From positions 22,134,001 through 22,198,000 of the forward strand of contig NW_025963835.1 of NCBI RefSeq assembly GCF_023055435.1: a stretch of 64,000 bases of DNA, written 5' to 3'. Every line of letters begins with the position of its first letter. Within the stretch, counting starts at the first letter, position 1. The notes under the pieces were generated by a model. That model did not search any database. It worked only from the letters and a program-made list of their open reading frames with translations, and was not told the DNA's origin. Below are positions 40,074 to 53,416 of the stretch, one piece after another. Made by a program: the position numbers and the translations under genes. The stretch is from Haliotis rufescens. Taxonomy: Eukaryota.

Positions 40074-40240
40074 AATATATAGGAGAAGAACGCTTATGAC
40101 ATTTGAAATTGATATAACACTAAATTGTGACTTTCTTTTTCTGGTTGGTAGATACTAGTGTCTTGTGAGTTAGGAAGTTAAAGTGTTATACACTACAACA
40201 AGATGTGTTGGTATTTATTATGGACGTTTTCTTCCCACAG

Positions 40241-40872
40241 GCCCGACTCTGGAATGGGACTCAAGCACTGCTGATAACACTATTGACGTGTCTGGATGTG
40301 TAATCACAAACACCACCTTAGCCGTCCCTTCTCCTGACACAGGATGTCGGATACAAAATATCACTTCATGTCTGGCATCCAGGCCTTTAATGGTTAAAAA
40401 ATGCCAAGGCCAGCGATGCATGTTTCGCGTAAAGTTTCGGGTTTGTGTAAAGGAATTGATACAAGATAATAAACTTATACAAGAGATTGCCCTGACCCCC
40501 ACCCCTGTAGATGCTGTCTGTTATCAAGTCACCGGACTGAGTGTACGTGTTGTTACATGCCCCAACCACAAGCAGCAGCTGTGTCTCTGTGTAGTCTGTA
40601 ATAACACCCTCTTCACTGATCGCCCTCTCATTCAGAACAGAGTTGGACAATCTATTGACCTACAACTGTGTTTTCTAATGGATGGGGCTAATGACAAAAT
40701 ATTAGTTATTGATGCCGGTGATAACAAAGTGTACACCACCGTCACAGATGTTGCTTTTGACAGACCCATGTGGGTCATGATGTATGTTGGTTATCCCGCA
40801 ATATCAGATGTAAGAGGAGAACTGATTACAGGCCACAACATCACAGGAACCTTCGCAAACTACAATCATTAG
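40241..40872 (+). CDS. TRIM copy B, last exon: divergent PRY/SPRY (B30.2)-like domain
   Basis: Acceptor cttcccacag. LEWDSSTADNTIDVS resembles the PRY start LxLDPxTAxxxLxLS. FLMDGANDKILVID..VYTTV..VAFDRPMWVMM resembles the SPRY end VFLDYExGxLSFY..IYTF..FxxPLYP. Confidence 0.85.
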
Positions 40873-41031
40873 ACTAGTTTCCACTATCCACAACAATCAC
40901 ACACTCCATGTAACATGCAATGTATACAAGCACAGCTCAGTAAAATAATATGTATGCCCTTGACACATTACCAACTTGTGTACATATGTAAAAACACGTT
41001 TGGTTTACATATTTAATACAAATAGTAATGT

Positions 41032-41278
41032 AACCGTGACGATCCGGGTTAGAATCCTGCTTGCCGTAAGAGGCTACTATGCTTGTCGTAAGAGGCGACT
41101 AAAGGGATCGGGTGGTCAGGCTCGCTGACTTGGTTGGTGCATGTCATCGTATCCCAATTGCGTAGATCGATGTTCATGACAACAATCACTGGATTGTCTG
41201 GTCCAGACTCGATTATTTTCAGTCCGCTGTCATATAGCTAGAATATTGCTCATTGCGACGTTAATCAACAAACAAACA
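41032..41278 (+). mobile_element. SINE family 2
   Basis: Duplicated counterpart of 18683-18930. Confidence 0.8.
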
Positions 41279-44200
41279 ATGCAAGTCCGAATGAAATTTG
41301 AAGCCATAATAAAGCAACACGGCTGATGTTCAGTACTTTTCCTTAGTATCTTACTGTCGCAAAACATTAAGCGGCAAAGTGGACATTATTTGAACGCAGA
41401 CTAGAATAACAAAGTTAGTGACTGAATATTCTCATGCTAGCATAAATTGCGTCTTACCTTCGAAGAGTGTAATGTTTTACAATCATATCAATTCTCATTT
41501 ACCGAATATCGCTTGCTGACCAAGGCAAATACTATTTCAAGTAAATATGACACTGTGGTGTAGTTGTTGTGGCTCATTATGAATGCATGCACACATGTAG
41601 GGAGAACAGTACTATTGCGAGAGGAATATAGATTTGACAGTAACTTTGAAAGTATTCGTTGAAATCATCTGAGGATTGCAATATCACCTCAGTCAACGTG
41701 TGGTTACAGATAATTTATGGGAGATAACTCGTGTGGTACAACTTGGGCACCACCACATCTCTATCCCCGCTCCATATCGATACACCCTCACCTGTAATCA
41801 ACTCATTTGAACAGTCCCGTGATTTTTGTTATTACCATGTTTTACTGCAATTGTAAATAGCACGGATTTGTGTATTTTCATTTTTTAGACATGATGATGT
41901 ACTTTTTCATCTGATATCATGTTTTCTACCTCGACCAATGTTCATGACGTTCACAAAGGACTACGTCATTTAATGTCAGCGAGCTTGTTATATATAAAGC
42001 TATGTCAATCATATGACGTCATTTGAGTAAGTAAAAATACCTCCAAGGTAAGGGCTGGACTGAAAAATATATTATCATTAGGGTTTTTATGACTCAGGGC
42101 ACGGGCTGCCCAGTCGTCCAATGCGCCGTAGCTCGATGTGTCATGGACGGGACATAGTCAGGAGGCCGTGCTTTCCAATTTCATACTTAGATTAAGGTTC
42201 TTGGTTTATGAGTAATATTTCCTTGATTAAGGTTTTCATTCATCATTAAGCTGACGCGCTCTTATTTAACTGAGCTACTGCTCAAAGGAGCGTTAAACCT
42301 TACACACTCCAACCCAAATTACTTTGACGAAACAATAATGATGGCTAACTTCACCTAGTACATCCACTCGTGAAATATGAACGTGTTTTCCTCTCTGTGT
42401 GGTTATGTGGGATGGGGTGAGGTTGGTTAGGATGGGGTGAGGTTGAGGTGGGTGGGTTTTGGTTTGGGGTTGGGTATGGGGAGTAAGTCGTATTCAATGA
42501 TACCTTTTCGAATGGTAGTTTTTAAGTGACTTCGCCCCTTGTATAATATCAAAGGAAAGAAATCATCTGGTAAAATTTGTGGTCATGTTATTCTCTGTGG
42601 AATTATTATCCAAAGTTCTTTCCGCATTGAATAATCAGTATCAGCAGTCATAATTTATGTTTCTACTCTCTACAATATATAACGTTTCTGCCTTGTTTCC
42701 TTAAGACATTGGTACTTATATTTCTTGCAGGAAATAGAACCAAAGAGCCTCATTAGTATCAATGTTGTATACTTGCTGTGTAGTCGAACACTACTTGCGT
42801 TAATGCTGCTGTACATAGCGCGCGCGTGTGTGTGGATTGTTCCTTATTGTGAAAGATATACACTTATTATACATTTAAGATGTCACCATGAAATGTCTTA
42901 AAGTGTTCATTTATTGTGAAGTTGTGCAAGTGTATACAGCAATTCACAATGTTAGTATTATCTATATATGTATATTCGTATTATGATGTTATATTAACTG
43001 GATAATGAATGAAAAAGTGAAGTGCAACATATAGGTTATGTTGCAATGTTTTGAATGGGGCTTCAAAATTGCTTGAATTTGTGTGAGAAACATCGTCATT
43101 TAGAATATAAACTTACCCTGTTTTGAAATTTGATGTAGTCCCACTGTAGAGGAGATGCCTCTTACCTTAATTTGTAACCGAGCGCTTTACACGAACCAAG
43201 ATCTATGATGTGGTTCCACATTAACCTGTTGATTTATTGGGAATGAGCCTGTTGGTGCAACGTGATTGCCAATGGAACTGGAACAGCTGCAATTTAGGCT
43301 GCAGATGAGTGACACGACACGAGTGATTTGTGACCTGTCAGTTTCAAGATTTCACGGCATTCGACGCCAATATTTGAAAGAAATGTGACAGTTTTGGCTC
43401 TGACACAGAGGTTCTGTATAATTAGTGAGAAAACGCTACATTCACCATGATCTATCGTTAGTTTCGCTCTATGAAGTAGTGTCCTGTGTAAACATTAGTG
43501 TCTAGTAGACAAGACAACTATGTATACGCACATAGGCTTCAAACATTCCATTGATGCACTGAGTGCATCTGCTGAAATGTCAACAGTCAAGGCTGGTGAA
43601 AAATAATCGTGTGAAGATCATTGTTTCCACCCTGGACATCCAGACTAGGCCTATTTTGGAAGATTGACCGTTGTTGCTTCAAGGTAAATATTAATGTCAA
43701 TGACTTTATTGCTCTCACATATACTTTTGTGGATTTTGTACTACCACTATAGTGTGTCCACCCGTTGTAATTACTTTGCAGCAATTTGTACCGATTTGTA
43801 AACTTAGTTAATTCTATATGATAGTTGTTGTTTGTATAGCATTTCTTTGCCTTTTGTTGGGTTTCACACTAAATGATTTTACACATGGATTTATTGGTCA
43901 ACTTGTTTCAATTTGGACGTCGACACGTAGCATTACACAATCTAAATATATCACTTAACAAATGCAAAGAATGTGTAATTTAATATTTGTCCCTTCGTTG
44001 ATTTGAATATTAATAAAACTATCAAAATGTATTTGTCAACTTGCACTTTTTTATTTATTTACACTGTAGATCTAGAATAAGTCCTGATAACCGCATGCAT
44101 GCTGAAAAAGGCAACTCAAATACGGATCAGATGTGACTAGGTTGATAGTATGCCAATGGGCATGCATGTTGCTTTCAACCACCGGTAAGCCTGATCTATC

Positions 44201-45049
44201 ACACAAGTCATGGCAAGGGAAATAACGTGCTCGCGATGTCAATGTTAGGTTTTAGGTACTCATATGCAGTACATAGCCTAACATATTTGTTGGTTTGTAT
44301 GTAGCGTAAACCTAACACAAGTGTTTTCAGTATATATCACTGTGTCACATCGCCAATACATCATTGCCGTGTTTACACTTTATCGAATAGTTTAACATCG
44401 GTTTTTAAGATTCTAGATAAACATACAGCTTTAAACACATATCCACTTCAGAGAGGCTTAAATATACTTAATATGTGCAATATCTTATGTCTGTCGTGCC
44501 CGTCGTGCTATAACAAACCATTTACATGTGACGGTTATTACTCTATCAAGACATAGTCCTATTTTGAAGCTCAGGGTCACTAGTTACGAAATGATCATAC
44601 AAATTAAACTGTGTTTGACCCGAATAACATCAGATTTTGTGGGAGATTGTTATACAATTAAATGAAGGTAAACTTCTGTACCTTTGTTGCTCTGGTATTT
44701 TTTCCAATCCCCACAAGCTGATAACTCTAAAATACATCAAATGTCCTTGTCATTTTTTCCCTATATGCATGAACACAAGTGTAAGGGAATACATAATAGT
44801 CATGTTCCAGAAAACCACATGCAATGGAAATATTCACAGTGCGTTGTACATATGAACATATATATCTAAATGTCACGTACATGAATGCGATTTAGTGAAA
44901 TGTTCGCCCAGATTGCAGACGCAGGATAATCAAGCATATGCCAATAGAAGTTAGCATTTTATCAATGTCAATTCCATGGCCTCTCACGCTTCTCCACCGT
45001 CAACATTTTCTTCAAAATATGTAAGGCTTAAATTCAACTTTGTATATGT

Positions 45050-45283
45050 GTTTTGTTGTTCAACGCCGCACTCAGTGATATTCCAACTTTATGACGGCAG
45101 TCTGTAATTAATCTGGTGATTGACATTATGAGCATCGATCCACGCTATTGGGATACGAAGGCATCAACCAAGTCAGCCAGCCTTACCACCAGATCTCGAT
45201 CGCCTCATACGACAAGCATAGTCGCCTTTTACGGCAATCATAGGTTGCTGAAGACCAAGTTTTAGCCCGGATCTTCACGGGTC
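45050..45283 (-). mobile_element. SINE family 2
   Basis: Same 5' terminus GACCCGTGAAGATCCGGG. Confidence 0.78.
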
Positions 45284-45309
45284 TGTCAGATATGTGGAGG
45301 ACATGTGAC

Positions 45310-46262
45310 TCAAATGATGTCAGATATAATTCCCTATGTCAACTTGTACCATATGTTCCCCCGTTTGTTCTATATTTCAAATTACAGGAACCACCAACAA
45401 TGCCATTTTCCAAAGCGAGCACCATTTCATCCAGGCTGTTCAATTAAAGGAAAGTGTTGCAGAACGTGGACTTGGCAGCTCATAATGTGAATTCCACTAC
45501 CTGTTCCTTCTAAGACATAGCATGTACCAGCCTATAGGTCATATAATCACAGGTGACTTCTCTTTTGTTGACAATAATAACATTCGTCAGTCATTCAAAT
45601 ATGGACCAAAATCATTCCAATGAGCAGCATCATTCCAATTGGGATCACAACTGTAAATCTTAGGGATGCTGTCGAAGAATATGCCAATAAATGGGGCAAA
45701 GGAGAACAGGAACCTGTGAATGTCCTCCAGAGTGGGTTAAGTCTGTGCGTGGTGTTGTCAGTGGTAGAATGCACAAACTGAAAAGAGAGGAAATAGAAAT
45801 GGAACAAACCAATTCTGTCCCAATCAGCAGTCATCCAACTTCTGGCTGCCCTACATGAAAAGTCGTTGTTCCCACTGGCAAGGCCTCAAATAACATAACC
45901 ATCACATGTAAGCATCCTACACACATTGGTTCATCAAAGAATTTGGAATAAGTGACATATCAAATAATGCCACCTATAAGGCCAATATGTTAACTGCCAT
46001 GCATCAGCATGTCACGTCAAAAAATGAAATCCCGTATAATCTGCCAAAACCATGCATCAGTACTATCAACTTTTGACTTGACTAGAAACCTGAAACCATA
46101 TTTACTCCTAGTTTGTACTGGATTCCAAAGCTCCAACGAAATCCGTACAAAGAGAGATATATAGTTGGGTTCAGCAAATGTACCACCAAATCCATGTTTT
46201 AAAGATTAACCATAATCTTTAACACAATCAAGGAAGGACTTTCTTTATATTCACAAAAAACT
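45310..46262 (+). mobile_element. Decayed Penelope-like retroelement fragment
   Basis: Broken frames give YQPIGHIITGDFSFV..KYGPK, DAVEEYANKW..EWVKSVR and LYWIPKLQRNPYKERYIVG..KCTTK, typical of PLE reverse-transcriptase N-terminal regions. Confidence 0.7.
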
Positions 46263-47942
46263 ATTTCTCCGTCAGTAATATCAGTCGGTAATCTTCACAT
46301 ATTTATCGAAATGTCACCATGATATTTAACTTTTGGAACATATACGTATCTAGGTCAGTGGAGTAAAAGTTTGACAGGTGTCCATTTGTCCTTAACTGTG
46401 TCCCTTATCACACTCATTCAGTGAAGGGGAAATCCCGTATAATCTACATCAGATGATCCGTAATCTATTACACAGCTGCCCCGTGTGTACATTACAACTT
46501 ATCAAAAATGAATTTTCACACTAATGGTGTATACATTTTAGCATTTAAATATTTAATGATAACAGTTTTAAAATCCACTGACTTTGTCCTTTCACAAAAG
46601 TAAATCAATGTGTACCAAGTAGAGACAACATTGCAGGCCAAGGTTTGCTGTTCTCTCTTGAAGAGAATTCATTAGTAGGGAGTTTATGATGAGGATTGTC
46701 TTTACATGCACCAGAAACAATATCAACATAACCAACGAAATATTGTAATTCTATTCCAATCATATTTGGGTGAGTGGGTATTGTCTAATGCAGCTGTCAG
46801 CAATGCTCAAGCTATATAACGGTGGACTTTATGTTTGGATAGACCGTCAAGTGGCGGATCACATTAGCAACGTCCCACGCCTTCAGGGTAGGCCGACACT
46901 CGATAAGCATGTCACTATAGTTAGGTCCGACCAACCGATCACCACTAGTTGCCTGGTACAAACAATACGAGTGTTTGGGACCTATTCGCTCCCTCATACA
47001 TTGACATATACAACATCCCCAGAAGGTTATTCTCTATGAAACAATATACTTTTCCGGATCTCTTTTGCACATCGGCATCAATGTGTGTTGTATTTCTGCT
47101 CTTTGTCAGTTTAATCAATTAAAGTTTGTCTGACACGTACATCATTTATACGAAATTGTGGCAAGTTAAATATGGTCATTCTCAAAGAAAGTTGATTGCA
47201 ACGTTGTTTATACAGTATTTCGGTTTATCACGATGTGTGACTACAATGTAGGAGTAAAATCTTAGGTGACCGTTTCAATGTTTTGTTTCGTTAGCACGGC
47301 TGTCAGGCTGAAAATCCCCATTTCATAACTGAAACATTTACGGGATTCCAACAAAAGCTTAATTGTGGATGAAGTCATTTTGGTGTAACCAAATAGCAGG
47401 GGTATGGTACCGATTAACCATGGACTATAATCAAGGTGATCATTGGCTTTTTCTAACCCATGATGACATATTTGCACACTGCTGATTGACATAATCCTGC
47501 AAAATGATTGCTCCACCTTGTAACACAGGGCGTCCTGTAATTTTGGACTATTGTACGGAAAGTATAGGTATAGGTAAGACTGCTCGGAGCCGATGTTTTA
47601 TAGTTGAAATCGTCAGTTATACCCTGAAGTGCAACATTCATTTCCCCTTCAATACTGTAGTCCTTATTGTGATGCTATATCCCTAAATAAAGCAAGTCTG
47701 GATTCTTCAGAGGTTCTGAATCCCCCATCTCATTGGGGTTCCTTTTCAATTTAAGTGGTTTATTTCTATCAACATTAAATATTTTCAAAGACTATGAGTA
47801 GGTCTACACATGTACTTGGCTCGGAGGCAACTATGGTTATTTAATGCATGATGCGGAACACGTATTCAGATTAGATAGGACCATCTCGAGCACATTTGTT
47901 GATCACATAAATATTACATGTTGTATTTAGTCGTGTACAATA

Positions 47943-48285
47943 GACCGGCTCTGTGGTCTGGTGGTAAAGCGCCCGCCCGGAGAGCGAAAGGTCCGGGCTT
48001 CGATCCCCGGCCACGTCATACCAAAGACGTTAGGTTAAAAGATGGTACTTGTTGTTACCCTGTCTGGCGCTCGGCATTAAGGACTGGTCGTCTCGGAGTC
48101 AGTTTACTGAGAGGGGTGTGCGTTACATACTGCTGCATGGTATCACATTTGGCTTGGACTATGAAATCGGCATTAGTCAGGACTAGCAAAAGCAGCCACA
48201 CATGTAAACACACACACATGCATGCACGTCGCTATATATCTGCAATAATCATGGACGCAACGTCATACCCCATTTCACCTCACCT
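47943..48285 (+). mobile_element. tRNA-derived SINE, family 4, with internal (CA)n
   Basis: Head GGTCTGGTGGTAAAGCG..TTCGATCCCCGG; body shared with 59025-59393; partial minus copies near 16370-16590 and 38810-39020. Confidence 0.78.
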
Positions 48286-50544
48286 CGTACATAATACGCA
48301 CTACGAATTTTTATAACCAGAATTGTTATACACAAAAACAAAATATTACCACCTTTTACCCATCACAGCAGGTGGCCATGCAACAGAAGGGTATGACCAG
48401 AAATTATCGTTAGCTACATCCAGGGATGTATAAGCATATTAATAATGATGATATATTAATGTTTATCACTGCTTCTTTGTCTCAGCTACTGATTTGTAAA
48501 ATTAACATGAAATAGTTTTTTCTCAAAACGTTTGTTGTTATTCTGTTGGCCATGTACCTGGCCATGCCAGATCATCAGTTCAACAATCAATACACACCCA
48601 GCGTTTGAATGAAAGTACTAAAACTACCTACAAAACAAAATTCATAAACATTTTCTGAAGTAAATATATGCAAATATCCCTATAATTAAATGTAGTTTTG
48701 AATTGATCAAACCTAGCATAACACCTCTGCCATAAGCTAATTTGCATGTCGCCGTGACCGGACTTTTCTCTCGTTTTTAAACAAACACTGAAATCAGAAC
48801 AGACTGGCCTAATGCAAGTCTTTGGTGCGCTTAACGTATTGTTTTGCATAATTATATAGGTATGCTACTACAACTGCGACAGTGAGGTGCCTGACAATAT
48901 ATATTTATGCATCAAAGTGACTCGTATCGCCAGCTCTCCGCAGTGTAACTTGAAGGAAAACTACGCAAATGGAAATATTTTGTTCACGTCTTGGGATACG
49001 TTGTCAATGAAAGTTAACCATGCCATATGTTTATCTAGATGTGTAGACTCATCAAAAATGAATCCGATGAAAAACATGCAGTATCTTGAATGGACTGTGA
49101 TAGATGTGACGAATGCTGTCCTCGTGGAACTCTGGGTAGGAGAGTGGACCGGACGGTGTCAAGACAATTTATGCCTAAACCAAGAACTGGTAACGAAATA
49201 CATGCAGATCTAGGTCTTCATCTCGGGTGGCTTGCCATATCTTTTTTTACCAAAGGGCTTTTTGTTCCTCCTTTCAATGGGAGTTCTCCTGTTTCAACTT
49301 GTAGTGCTAACATTTGTCTTTGTGTTGTATTCTGTCGAGGCGGCTCAAAACAGTGCTGATGCTGAAAGAGCTTACAACCATAGTCTATTGTTTTAATCTG
49401 ATTAGTGATCTGTAGAAGTTCGGTTGAGTGTTCCTAATGGCGACCTGTCTTGCAGGAAGCTGTCTATGTACTTTGCCATGCTCCCTTTTTTCCATTTGGT
49501 GCTAGTTTGGTGAGTACATCATTCCATTCACCATTTTATTCAGTATTTCAGTCAGCATTCACAACAAATCTCACTAAACACTCCTTATGTAATACATTTG
49601 ATCGTGACATGGAATCTGTATCTCCACGCCTGACAGCCTGAAATGATAATATAGAAACATCAGTGCGTTTTTCTACAAGAGAGATCATATATTTTCCAGG
49701 TTTAAATTGCCTATAATTGCAACAATAAGGGGTCTGTCATACACAAAACTAGGGATACCTCTTCTGGTTTGACAAGTGTTTCCATTGTATTACTTATATG
49801 TAATCGGAATCGTGCAATGGATTTAGCTTTTAGCAAGGATTGCGTATGTTCATGGAATTGTTTTTTTGCATTTATTCTAGACAGGTCCTTTGTTTATTAA
49901 TGTTTTCCAGCAAAATGACCGTTTCTAGACTTCTCATTGTCATAATATGATTACCCCCCTCCACCATGATATATATGATAGATTTAGATTAAACGGTTTG
50001 AAGGCGTTCCTCTCACTCAGTATGACGTTCCAAATTAACCTGAAATTGGGCATATACAACATATACAAAACCTTAAAAAACATACAAACATTTCAATGCT
50101 TGTGTCCCGCCTTTCGCAAAAGTATTTTCATCCATATAGTCAGTACTAGGGAATTTTACCTCCTCTTCTGGAACAATTTCGACCAGTTAACAAAAAATAC
50201 AAACACATAGATCAAGCAAGATAGATATCACATATTCATAGCTATACAGTTAACTTGTTCCGCCCGATCAGTGTGAAAATCCACATTAACCTAGATTAAC
50301 AGTGAATCTTTGAACATATATACTTTTGATAGAAACAAGCAACATTATATAAATTGAATAGGAGCCACAGTGAGATGAGAGTTTTGTGGAAAATCTAGAC
50401 TTGCGTTATTTAGGCATATATCATAACAGTAAAACCTGGACGTAAGGGGAAGGAATATGCTTTAGGGACAGTGAGACAGCCTACACATTATTCCTGACAC
50501 TGGTATGAATTCATATCTCAACCGTCTGCACGAGGCGCAAGTGT

Positions 50545-50741
50545 GCCCACACGGCGTGATCGAAGTACATTGTCAAAGCTGACCTACTTTACCGTTGTAC
50601 CTTGGAGGTATTCGTGATTTCCGGGTTGTGCTGATAACGAAAGTAGCTACTGCGCGTGTGCAGATAAGGTGAAGGTCCAGTATTGTTTGTGTACATGTAT
50701 ATAGGCAACCAACTGTACTCTCTGCTGTCAGTTCTCGTAAG
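50545..50741 (+). promoter_or_regulatory. Putative promoter / non-coding first exon of copy C (donor at 50741)
   Basis: Aligns with the A/B upstream block; AAG|gtaaga retained. Confidence 0.5.
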
Positions 50742-51584
50742 GTAAGAATGTTAATCTGTCTGTTAATGGGAGAGTGTCTTGGGGTGGAGGTTAGGGGGTG
50801 ATTAACATTTGTAATGCAGCAGCTTTTCTGGTGGAATAGCTAGTTAATAGGTTGAGGGGATTCAGAGTTTTACACCGACTTCAATAGTATTCACCGTATA
50901 TACCATATTTTCTCTATCAGTCGCCGTATCAACGTATCGCGCGAACGTAATAGACGTCGAGGCGTCTAATTGAGGAAATACAGTGCCCATAAGCCTACAA
51001 CGGTCTTAAGTCTACAATATTCATGAATGGGCGGAGCTTATGTGACCACGTCACACTTGTTTCGTACGCACTGCATCTCACCTGAACACGGAAGTGCATC
51101 GGACTTCTGCCGAGTTGTGACACCATACAGCGTATATGCCGGCACTCCATTGTTTGCGGTACAATCACTATAACCTAAACAACCTGTAACTTCTTTGTTA
51201 AATAAGCAAACGATCACATCAGTGAATCCCTGTGAAATGAACAAAGCGAACTGTATATTACAAAGTGGTGTTTAAAGATTGTGTAGCTTTTAGGCAAGAA
51301 TGTCACGGTTTGAGATGTAATCTCTTAGTATGCCACATTTCTTTTTGTCATTTAGTCCTGGAAATTAAATACTGGAAACATGTGCTGAATATATTAAAAA
51401 TAAAATGAAATCTCAAAGAAATATGAAAGTATTTCTTTCTTTATTTTTTCACACCAGTACGTCATAACAACACTGTTGTTGAGGTGCTTTATGTTGATGC
51501 GTCTTGCGAAAACGAACATAAAACCTCAGTCTAAACGAAGACATAAGTAGCTTTTAATTTAGGCATCCTAAATATTAATGATTT

Positions 51585-51771
51585 TTGTTTGTTTAGTTGT
51601 TTTTGGAGCACTCAGCAACGGCGGTCTGTAAATAATAGACTCTGGGCCAGACAATCCAGTGATCACCATCAGGAACATGTATCTAAGCCATTGGGATACG
51701 ATGACAAGCATTAGCCAAGTCAGCGAGCCTGACAACCCGATCCTTCTAGTCGGCTCTTACCAAAAGCATGT
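51585..51771 (-). mobile_element. SINE family 2 (diverged, partial)
   Basis: Matches the body of the consensus. Confidence 0.65.
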
Positions 51772-51794
51772 ATTGTCGCAGGCCCACAGGCATA

Positions 51795-52010
51795 AATAAC
51801 AGTAATGTTTTATTGGGGATGTATCCCCACTGGCATTATAAGTAGTAGTAAGATTCAAACCAACTTTCATTATATATAATAGTAATGTTTATTGGGATGA
51901 AGATTGAACCCAAAGGCATTATGAACAGTAGAAATGTTTTATTGAGATGAAGATTGACCCCAAAGGCATTATAAATAATAGTAATGTTTTATTGAGATGA
52001 AGATTGACCT
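51795..52010. repeat. ~50-bp degenerate tandem repeat
   Basis: Repeated agtaatgttttattgagatgaagattgacccaaaggcattat. Confidence 0.75.
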
Positions 52011-52374
52011 AAGCTATTTGAAAGTAATTGGTCTGTATCATAAATTTTAAATATGTATGTGAATAATTAAATGCTTGTTTTTATTTGGTGTGATGCTATT
52101 ATGAACTGACATTATTGTGGGCTCTGTCCAGGAGCTGACTTTGTGTGCTGGCGATTAGGTGCCTCACCCTGGCAGGTGTATGTTCGAATCCCGCACGGTA
52201 CTCAACCCAAAAAAAGTACTAGAATCTGTACTTTACTAAGAAAGTGTTATCCCAAATATAACATTAGTTACATTTGATCACTTTCTAAATGGCATTGTGT
52301 ATTCATACTGTCCAGGTGGGTAACGTAGCGTAAAAATATTGTCCCCATGTGTGATCCTATCATAATCGAGATCA

Positions 52375-53416
52375 CTATCATGTTGGAACAGCTCCCCCTG
52401 GCGGTCCAAAGTTGGGAGGAGGTGATGACGCAGAATTTGGTCTATGTATTGGTTTGCTGTAAGATTGCCCTGGACAACCACTAACTGTGATCTATCCGTG
52501 TAGGATATGGCTCCCCACACCATGACACTCCCACACCAAATCGGTGCACCTGTCGAACGCAGTTCGGCGCAAAACGTTCATGTCGACGTCGGTATACACG
52601 CTGTCTTCCATTCCGTCGTTGAAGAAGAAAACGTGACTCAACGCTGAACCAAACGCGTCGCCAGTTCCTGAGATCCCATGCCTGTACTCTGTTGCACCAC
52701 CGGACACGTCGTTGACGGTGTAGACGTGGCAAGACAGGTCCAACTTTTGGTCGTCTCACTCGAATTCCCACTTACCTCAGACGATTTCTGATGGTTTGGT
52801 CGGAAATTCTTCCCACATCAGGCACTTGTCCTTCAGTGTCCGTTGCTGTAGCAAATCGATTCCGAATGTGATGTAACCGGATGTACCGATCCTGAGCAGG
52901 GGTGGTCACTCTTGGTCTTCCACTTCTGTGATGATCTTGAGTCGAATTAGTGCTGGTATATCGATCCCATAATCGAGATATGGTGCTTTGGTGAATGTTG
53001 AAGTGTCTTGCAACGGCAGACTGGGACTCCCTTGCTTCCAAACGTCCAATGGCGATATTTCGGTCAGCTGCAGTTAATCTTGGCATTTTACGATCTCCGT
53101 TCACGTCAGAAAATTCGTAGTGAACTGTTGAATTTTGTACGGTCTTTTATAGTCAGTGTCTCTACTATTGTTTCCAACACTTTGCACGTGCATTGTGCTG
53201 AAAACGTTTTCTGAAAGCAATTTCCATGCATCCTTTGCATTTTTGCTGATAAACGTTTACAAAAAAACACATTTTGAATTGTGCTTGCGCGCAGTGCACA
53301 ACAAACATGACACGATTAACGGGAAGCAAACATAAGAATTGTCTTTATGACGATTGCTTGGAAAAAAATCTAATTGGAATTCTCAAAACACCTATGCGTT
53401 TCTTTTTTGAAGAGTG
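52375..53416 (-). mobile_element. 3'-truncated Tc1 element (transposase ATG at 53086, frameshifted)
   Basis: TA|CACTCTTCAAAAAAGAAACGCA terminus. MPRL..VARHFNIHQSTISRL..RSGRPRVTT, WFSVESRF, MVWGAIS, FQHD, then truncated. Confidence 0.85.

Larger units (their letters stand above)
27329..43858 (+). repeat. Segmental (tandem) duplication: second copy of 1-21474, differing by TE indels in intron 2
   Basis: Position 1 aligns to 27329; 1-4200 matches 27329-32010; 15075-21474 matches 37190-43858; roughly 95% identity by eye. Confidence 0.93.

Noticed and set aside
46300-50000. Short ORFs between B and C as genes
   Set aside because: They are 60-130 aa with no motifs and overlap SINEs or decayed repeats; the same applies to most short ORFs in the track.
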